A stretch of DNA of 64,000 bases from a virus, in the IMG/VR virus record IMGVR_UViG_3300046674_000395, positions 23,566 to 87,565 of that record. One strand, given 5' to 3'. How positions within the stretch are numbered: the first letter of the stretch is position 1; each line of letters opens with the position of its first letter. Position numbers and translations under genes: made by a program. Shown here one piece after another: positions 1-9,088 of this stretch. The notes below the pieces were generated by a model. The model worked only from the letters and a program-made list of their open reading frames with translations, had not been told where the DNA came from and made no database searches.

Positions 1-473
1 CCACGGAACCACAGATGCAGGCCGGTACCCGACCGGCCACGCTCCATGTACGTCGGCGGCAGCTGGTCCACGATCCCCTGCGCCCAGGGCAACACCTGGC
101 CGTCCTCGACCGCATGGTCCAGGTCGACAACGACGATGCCGTCGCCGGCCGTCAGCACGAAGCCGACACCATCACCGGTGCAGGAGGCCGCAGCCGTCGA
201 GTAGTCCGACCAGGACGAGGGATCCTTCACCGAGGCGAAGCGGCCGTCGATGCGCATCGGAACCTTGCCCTTGTGTCGCACCCAGCGGGGACGCGAGGTC
301 AACTCGGCCGGGATGCGGGCCTGCTGCTCGGCCATCAGCTCCGCGTCGCGCTGGCGCTTACGGGCCCGAGCTGCGAGGACGCGGTGCGAGTCCGAGCAGT
401 AGCGGCGGTCAGACCGGTGCACGACCGGCAGCTCTCCCCCGCAGTGCTCGCACTTCTGAAGCGTCCCTGGCAT
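1..473 (-). CDS. Prim-Pol (bifunctional DNA primase/polymerase-like) protein, N-terminal part; gene runs off the left edge
   Basis: Own translation from ATG at 471-473: MPGTLQKCEHCGGELPV (CxxC zinc ribbon) ... GFVLTAGDGIVVVDLDH ... TYMERGRSGTGLHLWF (DxD and SGxGxH Prim-Pol motifs). No stop in window, so absent from the track; + ORF 15-647 is its antisense shadow. Confidence 0.7.
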   Translation of the reverse strand, partial: MPGTLQKCEHCGGELPVVHRSDRRYCSDSHRVLAARARKRQRDAELMAEQQARIPAELTSRPRWVRHKGKVPMRIDGRFASVKDPSSWSDYSTAAASCTGDGVGFVLTAGDGIVVVDLDHAVEDGQVLPWAQGIVDQLPPTYMERGRSGTGLHLWFR

Positions 474-639
474 GAGTCCAGGATAGCGGGCCGAGTTAAC
501 GGCTATAGGCGATTGACCTGCACAGTTACTGATCCGAGACGAAGTCCGCCGGAGGGGGGCGCCGCGCCGGCTCGACGTCTCCGCAGGTCAGGGCCCTGGG
601 AACCCGTACACGGGGTCAGGTGCTATACGGGCCCGACCC

Positions 640-812
640 CAAAATAAAGTTGATCTTGGGATATCCCCCCAGGTGATCTTGGTCTGCATGATCTTGAAAA
701 GTTTGAATTGGATCAAGGAATTTCAATCCCAATGGATCTTGAGATGATCTCGAACACCTGAACCTTGATCACATCGAACAGTCAATCGACCTTCGCTGAC
801 TGATCACTCAGC
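640..812. repeat. AT-rich (~40% GC) non-coding island with 8 GATC-centred iterons, TGATC(T/A)(T/A)G
   Basis: tgatcttgg 651-659 and 674-682, tgatcttga 689-697, tggatcaagg 709-718, tggatcttga 733-742, tgatctcga 745-753, ccttgatca 763-771 (inverted), tgatcactc 801-809; flanking DNA is >70% GC. Confidence 0.8.
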
Positions 813-1040
813 TCGACGAGTCGACACTGACCATGACCACATCGCCTGCCTCACCCTCGCCTGCCCTCGGCCGGCACGCACCCTGGGTGGGTGGGGTGGG
901 GGCAGCGCCTGCCCTACCCCTACCGCTCCCGGCCGCCGAGGGAGGCGTGCACCAGCAGCCACCCCGTCGCCCGTCCTCCTGGGTGACGGGCCTGACCTCA
1001 GGCCGGCTGACACGGTCGGCTTCGGAGCGACTCGGTTGGC

Positions 1041-1298
1041 CTATCGCCCACGTCCCTTGATCCCTCGGTTGGCCTTCGACCCGGGCCAGATCCCGGTGGC
1101 CTCGTGGAAGCGAAGCGCGCAGTAGCCTTTCGCGCGCGGCCCCATGAAGCGCTGCACCCTGGACACACAGCGCGTGAACGATCCAGAGCGAGGCGCGAAG
1201 CCGATGCCAGCCGCCTTACCTCGACTGGTGGGGCGGTCGCTCCAGTAGCGGCGCCCTTCGCGGACGATGCGGCGGTTGGACTTGGCGCGGCTGGCCAC
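1041..1298 (-). CDS. hypothetical small basic protein (last gene of the leftward operon)
   Basis: 85-aa ORF with strong G/C bias at codon position 3; starts 7 nt after the upstream stop; no recognisable domain. Confidence 0.45.
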   Translation of the reverse strand: MASRAKSNRRIVREGRRYWSDRPTSRGKAAGIGFAPRSGSFTRCVSRVQRFMGPRAKGYCALRFHEATGIWPGSKANRGIKGRGR

Positions 1299-1304
1299 AG
1301 TCGG

Positions 1305-1727
1305 TCACTCCTTCTGCGGCGCGGACTCCTGGCTGACGGGCTCCTGGTCTTCGTCTACCCGTTGGATCTGGGCGCCTAGTCCTGCGGGAATGGCGAGGCA
1401 GATCCCGGCGGCGTCGGTGAAGACTGCCCATCCGTCGGTGACATTGAGGCCGAGGTGGGGGTCTTCGATGAGGACGTCGTCACGCTTCTGGTCGCGCGGG
1501 TGGACGATCAGGTAGGCGGTCACGTGGCGGCGTGCCGAGGGAGCGCCACACCAGGAGCAGCGCGGGTCGAGTCCACGTTGCGCGGCGTGCCGTCCGTGGC
1601 GGTGGAGGTATCGCATCCGAGCGGCATAGAAGCGCGAGTAGGTATCGGAGTACAAGCGGTACAGGCCGCCGTGTTCGCGCTTGAAGCTGGGGACGCGCTC
1701 GTAGCAGAACTGCTGGAGTGCGTTCAC
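1305..1727 (-). CDS. hypothetical protein
   Basis: Internal GTG start at 1727 (residue 62 of track ORF 1305-1910), just downstream of the HNH stop; the region upstream of it is R/P/T-rich and overlaps the HNH gene. Confidence 0.5.
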   Translation of the reverse strand: MNALQQFCYERVPSFKREHGGLYRLYSDTYSRFYAARMRYLHRHGRHAAQRGLDPRCSWCGAPSARRHVTAYLIVHPRDQKRDDVLIEDPHLGLNVTDGWAVFTDAAGICLAIPAGLGAQIQRVDEDQEPVSQESAPQKE

Positions 1728-1743
1728 AGTGCGGGCCTCTCGC

Positions 1744-2037
1744 TCACAGGAGTCCGGGGTGTTGCTCGGGCGGTCGCTTCCGTCCGGCTTGGGGGTTGGC
1801 GCGCTGTGCGTCGTTGCCCTCGGCCGAAGACTTCTGCAGGTGGCAGGGTTCGCAGACTCCTTGTAGGCGATCCTCTGCGTGGTCGTCCGTCTTGGCTTTG
1901 ACGTGGTCACAGTGGCTGGATGGCCGCACGCCGCAGATCTTGCACACCGGGTCGCGGGCGAGCACCTTGGCGCGGATGGTCCGCCAGTTCGACGGGAGCC
2001 GGCCCTTGCGGTCCGAACCCTGCCAGCTGCCGCTCAC
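1744..2037 (-). CDS. HNH endonuclease
   Basis: CKICGVRPSSHCDHVKAKTDDHAEDRLQGVCEPCHLQKS: CxxC...DH...CxxCH HNH zinc-finger nuclease signature. Confidence 0.85.
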   Translation of the reverse strand: MSGSWQGSDRKGRLPSNWRTIRAKVLARDPVCKICGVRPSSHCDHVKAKTDDHAEDRLQGVCEPCHLQKSSAEGNDAQRANPQAGRKRPPEQHPGLL

Positions 2038-2309
2038 GGCTGCGACTTGGCGTTGGGGTCATCCTTCTCGCCGGGTCGCCAGTCCGTGAGGAGTTCCAGG
2101 GTGAGCGTGTAGTCGTCGGGGTCGTAGCCGGTGATCCGGTAGACGACCTGGTCCGCGAGGACGATGTCGCCTGCTTCTACGCGGAGGTAGAGGCCGGGGT
2201 GGGTGAGGAGTCCGACGTCCATCTTGGCCCGCTGGGGAGCGGCGTCGACGGTGACGCCTTTGCCGAGGTGGCGAGTCACTTGCACGTGCCCGTACTCGGT
2301 GCCGCTCAT
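2034..2309 (-). CDS. hypothetical protein
   Basis: 91-aa ORF; ATGA-type overlap with the HNH start; no recognisable domain. Confidence 0.6.
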   Translation of the reverse strand: MSGTEYGHVQVTRHLGKGVTVDAAPQRAKMDVGLLTHPGLYLRVEAGDIVLADQVVYRITGYDPDDYTLTLELLTDWRPGEKDDPNAKSQP

Positions 2310-2311
2310 CG

Positions 2312-2539
2312 CTACTCCTCGGGGCTGCGTTCGGTGTCGCTGCCGAGCGCCCAGTTCGCGAAGCCGGTGCGTTGCCCGAACGGACTGCTGGCGACGACGA
2401 CGCCGTACAGCCGGATGGCGGCCGCTTCGGCCGCATCGAGGGCGCCGTCGCCTTGGGCTTCGATGGTGATCTCGCGGACGCCGTCGCTGAGCTTGACGGT
2501 GACGTCAGGCACGGGGCTGCCCTGCGTCGTCGTGCTCAC
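2312..2539 (-). CDS. hypothetical protein
   Basis: 75-aa ORF; start uncertain (alternative GTG at 2512 reduces the overlap with the upstream gene). Confidence 0.5.
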   Translation of the reverse strand: MSTTTQGSPVPDVTVKLSDGVREITIEAQGDGALDAAEAAAIRLYGVVVASSPFGQRTGFANWALGSDTERSPEE

Positions 2540-2822
2540 TCCGGTACTTGGCGAGGGCTTCGCGAACGCCGTCTTCGCTACTGTCGCTTGAGTCCCACCA
2601 TTCGACGGCTTGCCACAGGTCTGCGAGGCGCCGCATGCGAACTTCGGTGCGGATCGCCCACTGGTTGAGGAGGACCACCAGCTCTTCGGTCTCTTTGGCG
2701 GCGTCGTCTGCGTAGCCGAGTTCGGCGAGCCGGTCGGCCATGGCCTTCAGGGAGTTGCGCCGGGTGAGGAGGTCTTCGAGGTCCACGGCAGCGCACAGGT
2801 AGTTGTAGCTGCCGCCGCTCAT
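2505..2822 (-). CDS. hypothetical protein
   Basis: 105-aa ORF in the operon; overlaps the upstream stop (ATGA at 2819-2822). Confidence 0.6.
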   Translation of the reverse strand: MSGGSYNYLCAAVDLEDLLTRRNSLKAMADRLAELGYADDAAKETEELVVLLNQWAIRTEVRMRRLADLWQAVEWWDSSDSSEDGVREALAKYRSEHDDAGQPRA

Positions 2823-3178
2823 CGCTGGGTTTCCCTGTTCAGGGCGTCGGCAAGTTCTGCTTGCGCCTTGCGGATCTCGTCCTGAACTTGCTCGCGGAAC
2901 TGCTCGAAGTCGGGCTCGACTCGAATCTTCAGCGGATAGCCGTCAGGGTCGACCGGGACTTCATTGGCAGGGATCTCGATGGTCTCGTTGAAGACGAGGA
3001 CTTGTCGTGCGCCGATTTTCTCGGCTACGCCTTCCCATTCGGAGGCGGGGGCTTCCTGATCGGCGCCGAGGATGTAGCGCTGGTACTCGTGCTGGTCGAC
3101 GACGAGCACGAACGGAGTTTCCTCGGTGCCGTCGGGACGCTCGACGGTAGGGAGTTCGAGGATCTGCAGGCGGGCCAT
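2819..3178 (-). CDS. hypothetical acidic protein
   Basis: 119-aa ORF; start overlaps the stop of the upstream gene at 3178. Confidence 0.65.
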   Translation of the reverse strand: MARLQILELPTVERPDGTEETPFVLVVDQHEYQRYILGADQEAPASEWEGVAEKIGARQVLVFNETIEIPANEVPVDPDGYPLKIRVEPDFEQFREQVQDEIRKAQAELADALNRETQR

Positions 3179-3495
3179 CAGCCGACCGCCTTCCCAAGCG
3201 TCGGGAAAGGGCGCCGGGAGTAGTTGGCGCCCGCCCAGGAGATGACCTCTCCGTCGGCGGAGGCGAACACCTCGGGGCCGAGCACCGTGACGTCCCCGTC
3301 CTGGTACGGGTACGCGGCGGCTCCCTTGGTGTCGCCCTCGCGGTGGACGCTGCGCACGTTGGCGACAGGTGCGAGGGCTACGACCTTGCCGTCCTTCACG
3401 AACGTGTAGTCGCAGGCGCTGGAGTCGTATTCGACCCCTTCGGCGTCGACGGTCTCGGTGTTGCCGTCGAGGTAGTTGATCGTGTAGCGGGCCAT
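3178..3495 (-). CDS. hypothetical protein
   Basis: 105-aa ORF directly downstream of the epimerase gene. Confidence 0.65.
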   Translation of the reverse strand: MARYTINYLDGNTETVDAEGVEYDSSACDYTFVKDGKVVALAPVANVRSVHREGDTKGAAAYPYQDGDVTVLGPEVFASADGEVISWAGANYSRRPFPTLGKAVG

Positions 3496-3519
3496 GGCGC
3501 GGGCTCCTGCGGGGTGGGG

Positions 3520-4401
3520 TTAGGTGTTGAGTGCTCGCCTCACGCCTTCTTCCAGCGTGACGGTGGGCACGTAGTGGTCGAGCATCCGGGACGGGTCGCA
3601 GACTCGGTGGTGTACGCCGCGGGGTGCGTCGGCCCGGTGCTTGAGCTGTGGCCGGTAGCCGGCGGCTGTGGTGACGATGCGGGCCAGGTCGTCGAACGAG
3701 GTGGCGCGTCCCCAGCCGAGGTTGACGGGGCCGGTGACGTCCGCGTCGAGGAGGGCGAGGGTGGCGCCGACGAGGTCGTGGATGTGGATCCAGTCGCGTG
3801 TGCTGTCGCCGGATCCCCAGATCTCGAACGGGTCGTCGCGCCGCTTGGCCCGCTGGATGAACGCGGGGAACGGGTAGCAGGGCTCTTGGTCGTCGCCGTA
3901 GCCGCTGAACGGGCGGGGGATGAGGATCCGGCAGCCTTCGGCTTCGGCGTAGGAGGCGAGCTTCTCCCCCGTGAGCTTCGCCCAGCCGTAGCTAGCGTCG
4001 GGCTCTTCCATGTACGCGAGGCTGATGTCCTCTTCGTATAGGCGCCGCACGTCGCCGGGCTGCTGGAGTGCGACCGGGTAGGCCGCTGAGCTGCTGAAGT
4101 AGACGGCACGTGGGGTGCCAGTCCTGATCAACCACCGCATATACCAGGCGTCGAGGGCCAGGTTCGTGCCGACACCGAGGGGACTGCCGTCGATGCTGGC
4201 CCGGCCGCCGACGATGGCCGCGCAATGGATGGCGAGGTCGTACCGTTCCTCGTCGCGGCGGAAGAAGTCGAGGGCGTCACCTTCGAGGACCTGGGGGCCG
4301 GGCTTGAGGTCGATGCCGACCACGAAGTCACCGCGGTCGAGTAGCGCGCGGTGCAGGTGTCGACCGACGAACCCGGACGCGCCGGTGAGGAGGACGCGCA
4401 T
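3520..4401 (-). CDS. NAD-dependent sugar epimerase/dehydratase (extended SDR)
   Basis: Start MRVLLTGASGFVGRHL (GxxGxxG Rossmann motif) at 4401, overlapping the methyltransferase stop; catalytic YGWAK (YxxxK). Confidence 0.85.
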   Translation of the reverse strand: MRVLLTGASGFVGRHLHRALLDRGDFVVGIDLKPGPQVLEGDALDFFRRDEERYDLAIHCAAIVGGRASIDGSPLGVGTNLALDAWYMRWLIRTGTPRAVYFSSSAAYPVALQQPGDVRRLYEEDISLAYMEEPDASYGWAKLTGEKLASYAEAEGCRILIPRPFSGYGDDQEPCYPFPAFIQRAKRRDDPFEIWGSGDSTRDWIHIHDLVGATLALLDADVTGPVNLGWGRATSFDDLARIVTTAAGYRPQLKHRADAPRGVHHRVCDPSRMLDHYVPTVTLEEGVRRALNT

Positions 4402-5000
4402 CAACTGCTCGCCTTCACGGCGCGGTAGACGCCCCACGGGAGTCCGCTGTCGACGGGCTCCAGGCCGAGGGTGGCGCAGGCGTCGGCCTGCTGTTCCTTC
4501 GACCAGGTGGTGACGCCGATCCAGCTGTCGGCCTCGCTGGGCTGGTCGGAGACGGGCCAGTCGAGGACGAGGATCCCGCCGAGCTTGGTCGCGGCCCGCA
4601 GCTTGGCGATGATGTCGAGGCAGTCCGTGTAGCTGTGGTGGATCAGGACAGCAAGGCTGTAGACGGCGTCCATGCGGCGGCGCCCGAGGTGTCGGGCGAT
4701 GCCGTCGGCGTCGGCCAGCACGGTGTCGGCGTCAGGGAGTCGCTCGGCGAGCCGTTCGAGCATCCTCTGCGAGGAGTCGACAGCGGTGACCTCGTAGCCG
4801 TGGACAGCCATGGGGATGGCGACGCGGCCGTCACCGCAACCGAAGTCCATGACCTTCGTCCCGTCGGGGATGACGGTGGCAAGCATCTCCGCCTGAACCT
4901 GGCCAGACTCCCAGTAGGCGTCCTCGGAGACTCGTCGCAGCGGATGGATCGCAGCCGGGTCGGCCTGATCCCAGGCCTGAATGACAGCTTCGGCGGTCAT
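4401..5000 (-). CDS. class I SAM-dependent methyltransferase
   Basis: Motif I VMDFGCGDGRVAIPMA followed by EVTAVDSS; 199 aa. Confidence 0.85.
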   Translation of the reverse strand: MTAEAVIQAWDQADPAAIHPLRRVSEDAYWESGQVQAEMLATVIPDGTKVMDFGCGDGRVAIPMAVHGYEVTAVDSSQRMLERLAERLPDADTVLADADGIARHLGRRRMDAVYSLAVLIHHSYTDCLDIIAKLRAATKLGGILVLDWPVSDQPSEADSWIGVTTWSKEQQADACATLGLEPVDSGLPWGVYRAVKASS

Positions 5001-5707
5001 GCTGCCTCCTCGACGAGCTTCCGCAGCTTGACCAGGTCGGCTTCGAGGCCGCCGTTGTCGCGGTAGTCGTAGTAAGCCGCCGAGTCACTGCTCACCTGCT
5101 CGGGGCTGTTGCACTCCTCGTAGCCCGCATCGACGGCCGCCTTCTGCGCGGCCGGGTGCAGGTGTTCGATGACCATGTCGGGCAGGTACGTGATCCGGCC
5201 CATGCCGCGGCCCCAGTCCAGCCAGCAGAGATCCAGACAGAGGTGGACGAGCGCGGGTGGCGCCATGTAGCCGAGCGTCTCGACGATGTCCGCGGTCATC
5301 GCAACTGCGGTCGGCATCTGCTCGCCCATGAGCAGGTCGTTGCCGTAGACGATGCCGGGCCCGCCCGACAGGCACTCGCGGATGCGGGCGTCCCACGGCA
5401 TCGCCGCGGGACGCGGCCGGTGGTCGTCGCCGAGGAACGCGAGGTACCGGTATGTCTTGGCAGCCTTCACGGCCTGCTGGTTGAGGGTGCCGCACAGGCG
5501 GCGCCGCTTGCCGAACGTGAACCGGATCCGCCCGTCGCCCTTCAGCTCGGCGGCGTGCTTCTTGTACGCGGCGAGTTCCGGGTCGTCGGTGTCGACCGCG
5601 AACAGCAGGTCGGCGGTGGCCTCGGTGTCGTCCCACGCCTGCACGATCTCCGGCACGGCTTGGGGCCGGCCGCGGGTTGGGATGATGACGAGCAGGTCGT
5701 CGGCCAT
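4997..5707 (-). CDS. glycosyltransferase-like protein (GT-A fold)
   Basis: Start MADDLLVIIPTRGRP at 5707; FLGDDH (DxD-type motif). Confidence 0.62.
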   Translation of the reverse strand: MADDLLVIIPTRGRPQAVPEIVQAWDDTEATADLLFAVDTDDPELAAYKKHAAELKGDGRIRFTFGKRRRLCGTLNQQAVKAAKTYRYLAFLGDDHRPRPAAMPWDARIRECLSGGPGIVYGNDLLMGEQMPTAVAMTADIVETLGYMAPPALVHLCLDLCWLDWGRGMGRITYLPDMVIEHLHPAAQKAAVDAGYEECNSPEQVSSDSAAYYDYRDNGGLEADLVKLRKLVEEAA

Positions 5708-5720
5708 GGCGCGGGCCCTT

Positions 5721-7565
5721 CTAGGTGAGTGCAACCCAGCGCGAACCGGCGTTCGTGGACTGGGACGCGAGGGTGATCGACGAGGGCAGCGAGGTGTTGC
5801 CGGCCGCGGTGTTGATGAAGCGTGCAGTGCCGACGGTGAGACCCGCGTTCAGGGCTGAAGCGGAAGCTCCGTTGCCCTGGAGAAGCTGCGGCACTGTCCC
5901 CGTACTGACCATCAGGATTGCGACGTAGTACGAGCCCACTGCAAGCGTCTGCGGCGACGTCAGTGCCACCGTCTTCAGGCCCGCTGACGTCCAGTTCGCT
6001 GACTGATCAGCGGATACTGCGAGCCGGTTTCCCGAACTGTCGTACAGGCCTACGAAGTTCTGGCCGGAGGTCATCGAGGTGGGCGTGTTGAGGATCGACA
6101 GGAGGACGTTGGAGACGACGGTGGCCCGGTCCACGATCTTGACCTTGCAGAGGTAGATCGTGCCCGAGGTGATGTTGTCGCCTGTCGACCGGCAGGTGGC
6201 CGGGTCGTGCGTCCAGGTGATCAGGCCTTGGTCCGCGGGCATGGCGGTCGGGTTGTTCGCGGTGCTCAGCGGATATTGGAGCAGTCCCGCCGGCATGGCG
6301 TTGCCGGTGTTGAACGTCGTGATGTCGCGGAGGACGGTGCTGGTCTGCTTCGAGAACGTGACGGTGCCGGATGTGTTGTTCTCGATGCGGATGCGTTCGA
6401 AGATGTTCGGGGTGTTGCTGGTGGTGTTGTTGTCCTCGATGACCTTGCAGGAGCCGCTGGATTCGATGTTGATCCACTTGGCGCTGAAGGTGTTGTTGTA
6501 GCTGTTCGTACCGCAGACGAACATCTTGTTCCCGGACTGACCGGAGTCGCAGGTCACGTAGTTGCAGTAGAACTCGTTGCTCTCGCCGTTGGCGACCTCG
6601 ATGCCGGTCTTGAACTGCTCTAGGTTCAGGCCGTAGAACCGCTGACTGGCTGTACCGGCCGTGCCGCCGAGGTAGATGCCGGTGCAGGCGGCCCCGTTCG
6701 CTCCCGCCTCGAACATGATCCAGTCGTTCTGGTTCATGTTGCCGTCGATGGAGTCGACGTAGAGGCCGTACCCGTCGGTGCCGACAATCTCGACGAAGAT
6801 CCGGTTGAACGTGCAGTCGCCTGCGTTCTGGACGGCGGAGTTGTTGATGAGCTGGATGCCGTTGCGGGTGCCCTCGATCTCGATGTTCTCGAAGACCGAG
6901 CGCCACGGCATGTCCAGCCACATGCCGTAGGTGTTGCTGGTGCCGACGAACCCGCCGTTGATCCGCAGGTTCTTGAACGAGCTGTGCCAGAAAGACAGCG
7001 TGTCCCCGGAGGTGACACCCGCCGAGACGATGCCGCGGCCCGACCCGGAGATGAAAATGCACAGGTCGGAGATGTGTACCTGCGCCCAGTTCGAGATCGT
7101 GATCCCGTAGACGCCGGACGCTGCGGTGATCTCCGTGACCTGCTGACCGCACCCCCGCAGCGTGACCGTCTTCGGGTCGTTCTCGTCGACGGTGCCGTTG
7201 ATCGTGATCGTGGCAGAGATGTTGAAGGACCCCTGCGACAGCTGGACGATGCCGCCGCCCTCGGCCTGTGCGTCGTCGATGGCCTGCTGGATCTGCACCT
7301 GGTCGGCGACGCCGTCACACACGTAGTCGGCGGCGTCCCGGATCCTGCTGGGCGCGCCCGCCGCAGCGACGGTGCGATAGGTGAGCGCCCTGCCGCCCCC
7401 TCCGGCCGGTTCGGCCCCAACGTCCTCGTAGGTGATCTCGACGCTGCCGGTCTTGCCGTTGACGGAGAAGACGCTGCCGCCACCGACATCCAGAATGCGG
7501 GACGGCTGCCCGCCAGTGACGCTGATGCTGTTCGGCTGGGGTCCGCCGGTGACCTGGATTTTCAC
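5721..7565 (-). CDS. tailspike/depolymerase-like protein with right-handed parallel beta-helix (pectate-lyase-like) domain
   Basis: GTG start at 7565 (GTGA overlap with upstream stop), 614 aa. Periodic N/G/I/V-rich coils (ITISNWAQVHISDLCIFISGSG..., IEIEGTRNGIQLINNSAVQN...). The first ~137 aa of track ORF 5721-7976 are R/P-rich off-gene sequence. Confidence 0.72.
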   Translation of the reverse strand: MKIQVTGGPQPNSISVTGGQPSRILDVGGGSVFSVNGKTGSVEITYEDVGAEPAGGGGRALTYRTVAAAGAPSRIRDAADYVCDGVADQVQIQQAIDDAQAEGGGIVQLSQGSFNISATITINGTVDENDPKTVTLRGCGQQVTEITAASGVYGITISNWAQVHISDLCIFISGSGRGIVSAGVTSGDTLSFWHSSFKNLRINGGFVGTSNTYGMWLDMPWRSVFENIEIEGTRNGIQLINNSAVQNAGDCTFNRIFVEIVGTDGYGLYVDSIDGNMNQNDWIMFEAGANGAACTGIYLGGTAGTASQRFYGLNLEQFKTGIEVANGESNEFYCNYVTCDSGQSGNKMFVCGTNSYNNTFSAKWINIESSGSCKVIEDNNTTSNTPNIFERIRIENNTSGTVTFSKQTSTVLRDITTFNTGNAMPAGLLQYPLSTANNPTAMPADQGLITWTHDPATCRSTGDNITSGTIYLCKVKIVDRATVVSNVLLSILNTPTSMTSGQNFVGLYDSSGNRLAVSADQSANWTSAGLKTVALTSPQTLAVGSYYVAILMVSTGTVPQLLQGNGASASALNAGLTVGTARFINTAAGNTSLPSSITLASQSTNAGSRWVALT

Positions 7566-8677
7566 CGGGTCACCTCCCGGGAGAGGATCATCCGCCCGGC
7601 CAGGATGCGCACGACCGTGGAGCCGAGGACCATCTCGAGGTCCCACACACCGTTGCGAGTGAGGGCCTGCGTCTGCGTGGCGGGGATCGCGAGCCTGACC
7701 TCGGCCCCGGCCACCATTAGGTACGGGGTGAGGTCGAGAAGGAGGTCGCCGTGGTCGGCGGGCGCGGACCGAATCTGTGCTCTGGCCGCCCACCCGTCCC
7801 AGCTGAATCCGGCATCGGTGACGGTGTACGTCTGTAGGAACGTGGACCCTTGCTCGATCCGCAGGTCCCAGTCTCCGGCGGCCATGTCTGCCACCTCCGG
7901 GATGGATCCGCTGTCTGCGTCGGCGGTCAGATCGGTCTCGGCGCCGAGGGTGGCCGTCGCGTGCATGGACTGCCATGCGGTGGCGGTCAGGGTGCTGTCG
8001 GCGGTCAGGTCGGCGGTGACGCGAGCACCGAGGCGGGCTGCCGCAGTGAGGGTGCTGTCCGAGGTGAGGGTGGCGGAGGCCGTGAAAACGGCTCCGTCGG
8101 CGAGGGTATTGAACAGGTCGAAGGCGGCTTCGTCGCTGGTGCCGGCGTCACGGTGCGCGGACAGGTCGAGGGCGCAGGTGTCGACGGAGGCGGTCACCCA
8201 GGCGGGGGTGGCGAGGGTGCGCCGGTTCGTCCACGTCGACCCGTCCGACGACGTGTCCCAGTAGACGTTGGTGCCGTCCTCGCGCAGCCGCAGGAACTTG
8301 TGGGTTGTCGAGTTGTAGGTGACGGTGGTGGCGCCCGCGTCGAAGTAGGCGACTTCTGACGAGAACTTCAGGAGCCCGGTGACCTTGTTGATCACGAACC
8401 CGATGCGGGTGCCGCTGGTCGCGATGTCGGGTGCGTTGACGAACACGCTCGCGTAGGCCTCGGTCGCGGTCGACGCGGCAGGCGTGGTCGTGACGGCGAC
8501 GTAGAAGCTGGCGCCCGCGAGGGTCCAGCTGTAGGCGGTCTGATAGCCGGCGAACCCGGTGGTGCACGGGACATGGGCTTTGCCGCTCGACTCAGTGACG
8601 CTGCCGTAGCTGTTGCCCCAGTTCGCCCCGATGATCGAGTCGTTGAAGTTGTCGACGAGGGTCGAGAGGCTCGGCAC
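7562..8677 (-). CDS. minor tail/tail-fibre-like protein (lectin-like N-terminus, 3 x 20-aa fibre repeats)
   Basis: GTG start with GGGGAGG Shine-Dalgarno; N-terminus LVDNFNDSIIGANWGNSYG resembles concanavalin-like domains; repeats ASATLTSDSTLTAAARLGARVTADLTADSTLTA. Confidence 0.68.
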   Translation of the reverse strand: MPSLSTLVDNFNDSIIGANWGNSYGSVTESSGKAHVPCTTGFAGYQTAYSWTLAGASFYVAVTTTPAASTATEAYASVFVNAPDIATSGTRIGFVINKVTGLLKFSSEVAYFDAGATTVTYNSTTHKFLRLREDGTNVYWDTSSDGSTWTNRRTLATPAWVTASVDTCALDLSAHRDAGTSDEAAFDLFNTLADGAVFTASATLTSDSTLTAAARLGARVTADLTADSTLTATAWQSMHATATLGAETDLTADADSGSIPEVADMAAGDWDLRIEQGSTFLQTYTVTDAGFSWDGWAARAQIRSAPADHGDLLLDLTPYLMVAGAEVRLAIPATQTQALTRNGVWDLEMVLGSTVVRILAGRMILSREVTR

Positions 8678-8687
8678 GACGCCTCCC

Positions 8688-9074
8688 CTATGCGATCGAC
8701 AGAGCCAGGGATCCAGCCGTCAAGCGGAGCTCATCCCCCGCGGCGGTAGTGCGGGATGAGGTGAGCGCCCCGTACCAGAGCCGCACCGGGGTGCCTGCGT
8801 TGTCCCATACTTCGACGCCGACGACGGTCGCGGCGGGCATGCCGGTGAACACGACGTCCGCGCTGTTGCTGGTGGCTCCAGAGACCGACGCGGCGACGGT
8901 AAGACTCTGGCGGGCGTAGGAACCGCCCGTGACCTCGGTGCCTGCTGCGGAGTCGCTGCCGTTCGCAGTCACGAGCGCGACCTTGAGCGGGGTGGTCGGC
9001 CTGGTCGGCGACCCGACACCGTTGATCCAGTCGAGCGTGAGGTTCTCGGCTGTATTCGAAAGGTTGTCGGAGAT
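8688..9074 (-). CDS. small tail-fibre-associated protein (paralog of 10917-11315); start codon uncertain
   Basis: Strong SD GAAGGAGG at 9083-9090, but no ATG/GTG/TTG in frame after it; ATC at 9074 sits 8 nt downstream. Sequence LKVALVTANGSDSAAGTEVTGGSYARQ...VEVWDNAGTPVRLWYGAL. Confidence 0.5.
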   Translation of the reverse strand: MSDNLSNTAENLTLDWINGVGSPTRPTTPLKVALVTANGSDSAAGTEVTGGSYARQSLTVAASVSGATSNSADVVFTGMPAATVVGVEVWDNAGTPVRLWYGALTSSRTTAAGDELRLTAGSLALSIA

Positions 9075-9088
9075 CGGACTCGCCTCCT

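Noticed and set aside
15-647. 210-aa + strand ORF at the left edge
   Set aside because: The opposite strand encodes a Prim-Pol protein with clear catalytic motifs. This ORF is the shadow frame.
5721-7976. Full 751-aa track ORF for the tailspike
   Set aside because: The first ~137 residues are R/P/H-rich and overlap the upstream fibre gene. The GTG at 7565 with a GTGA stop/start overlap gives a coherent 614-aa protein.
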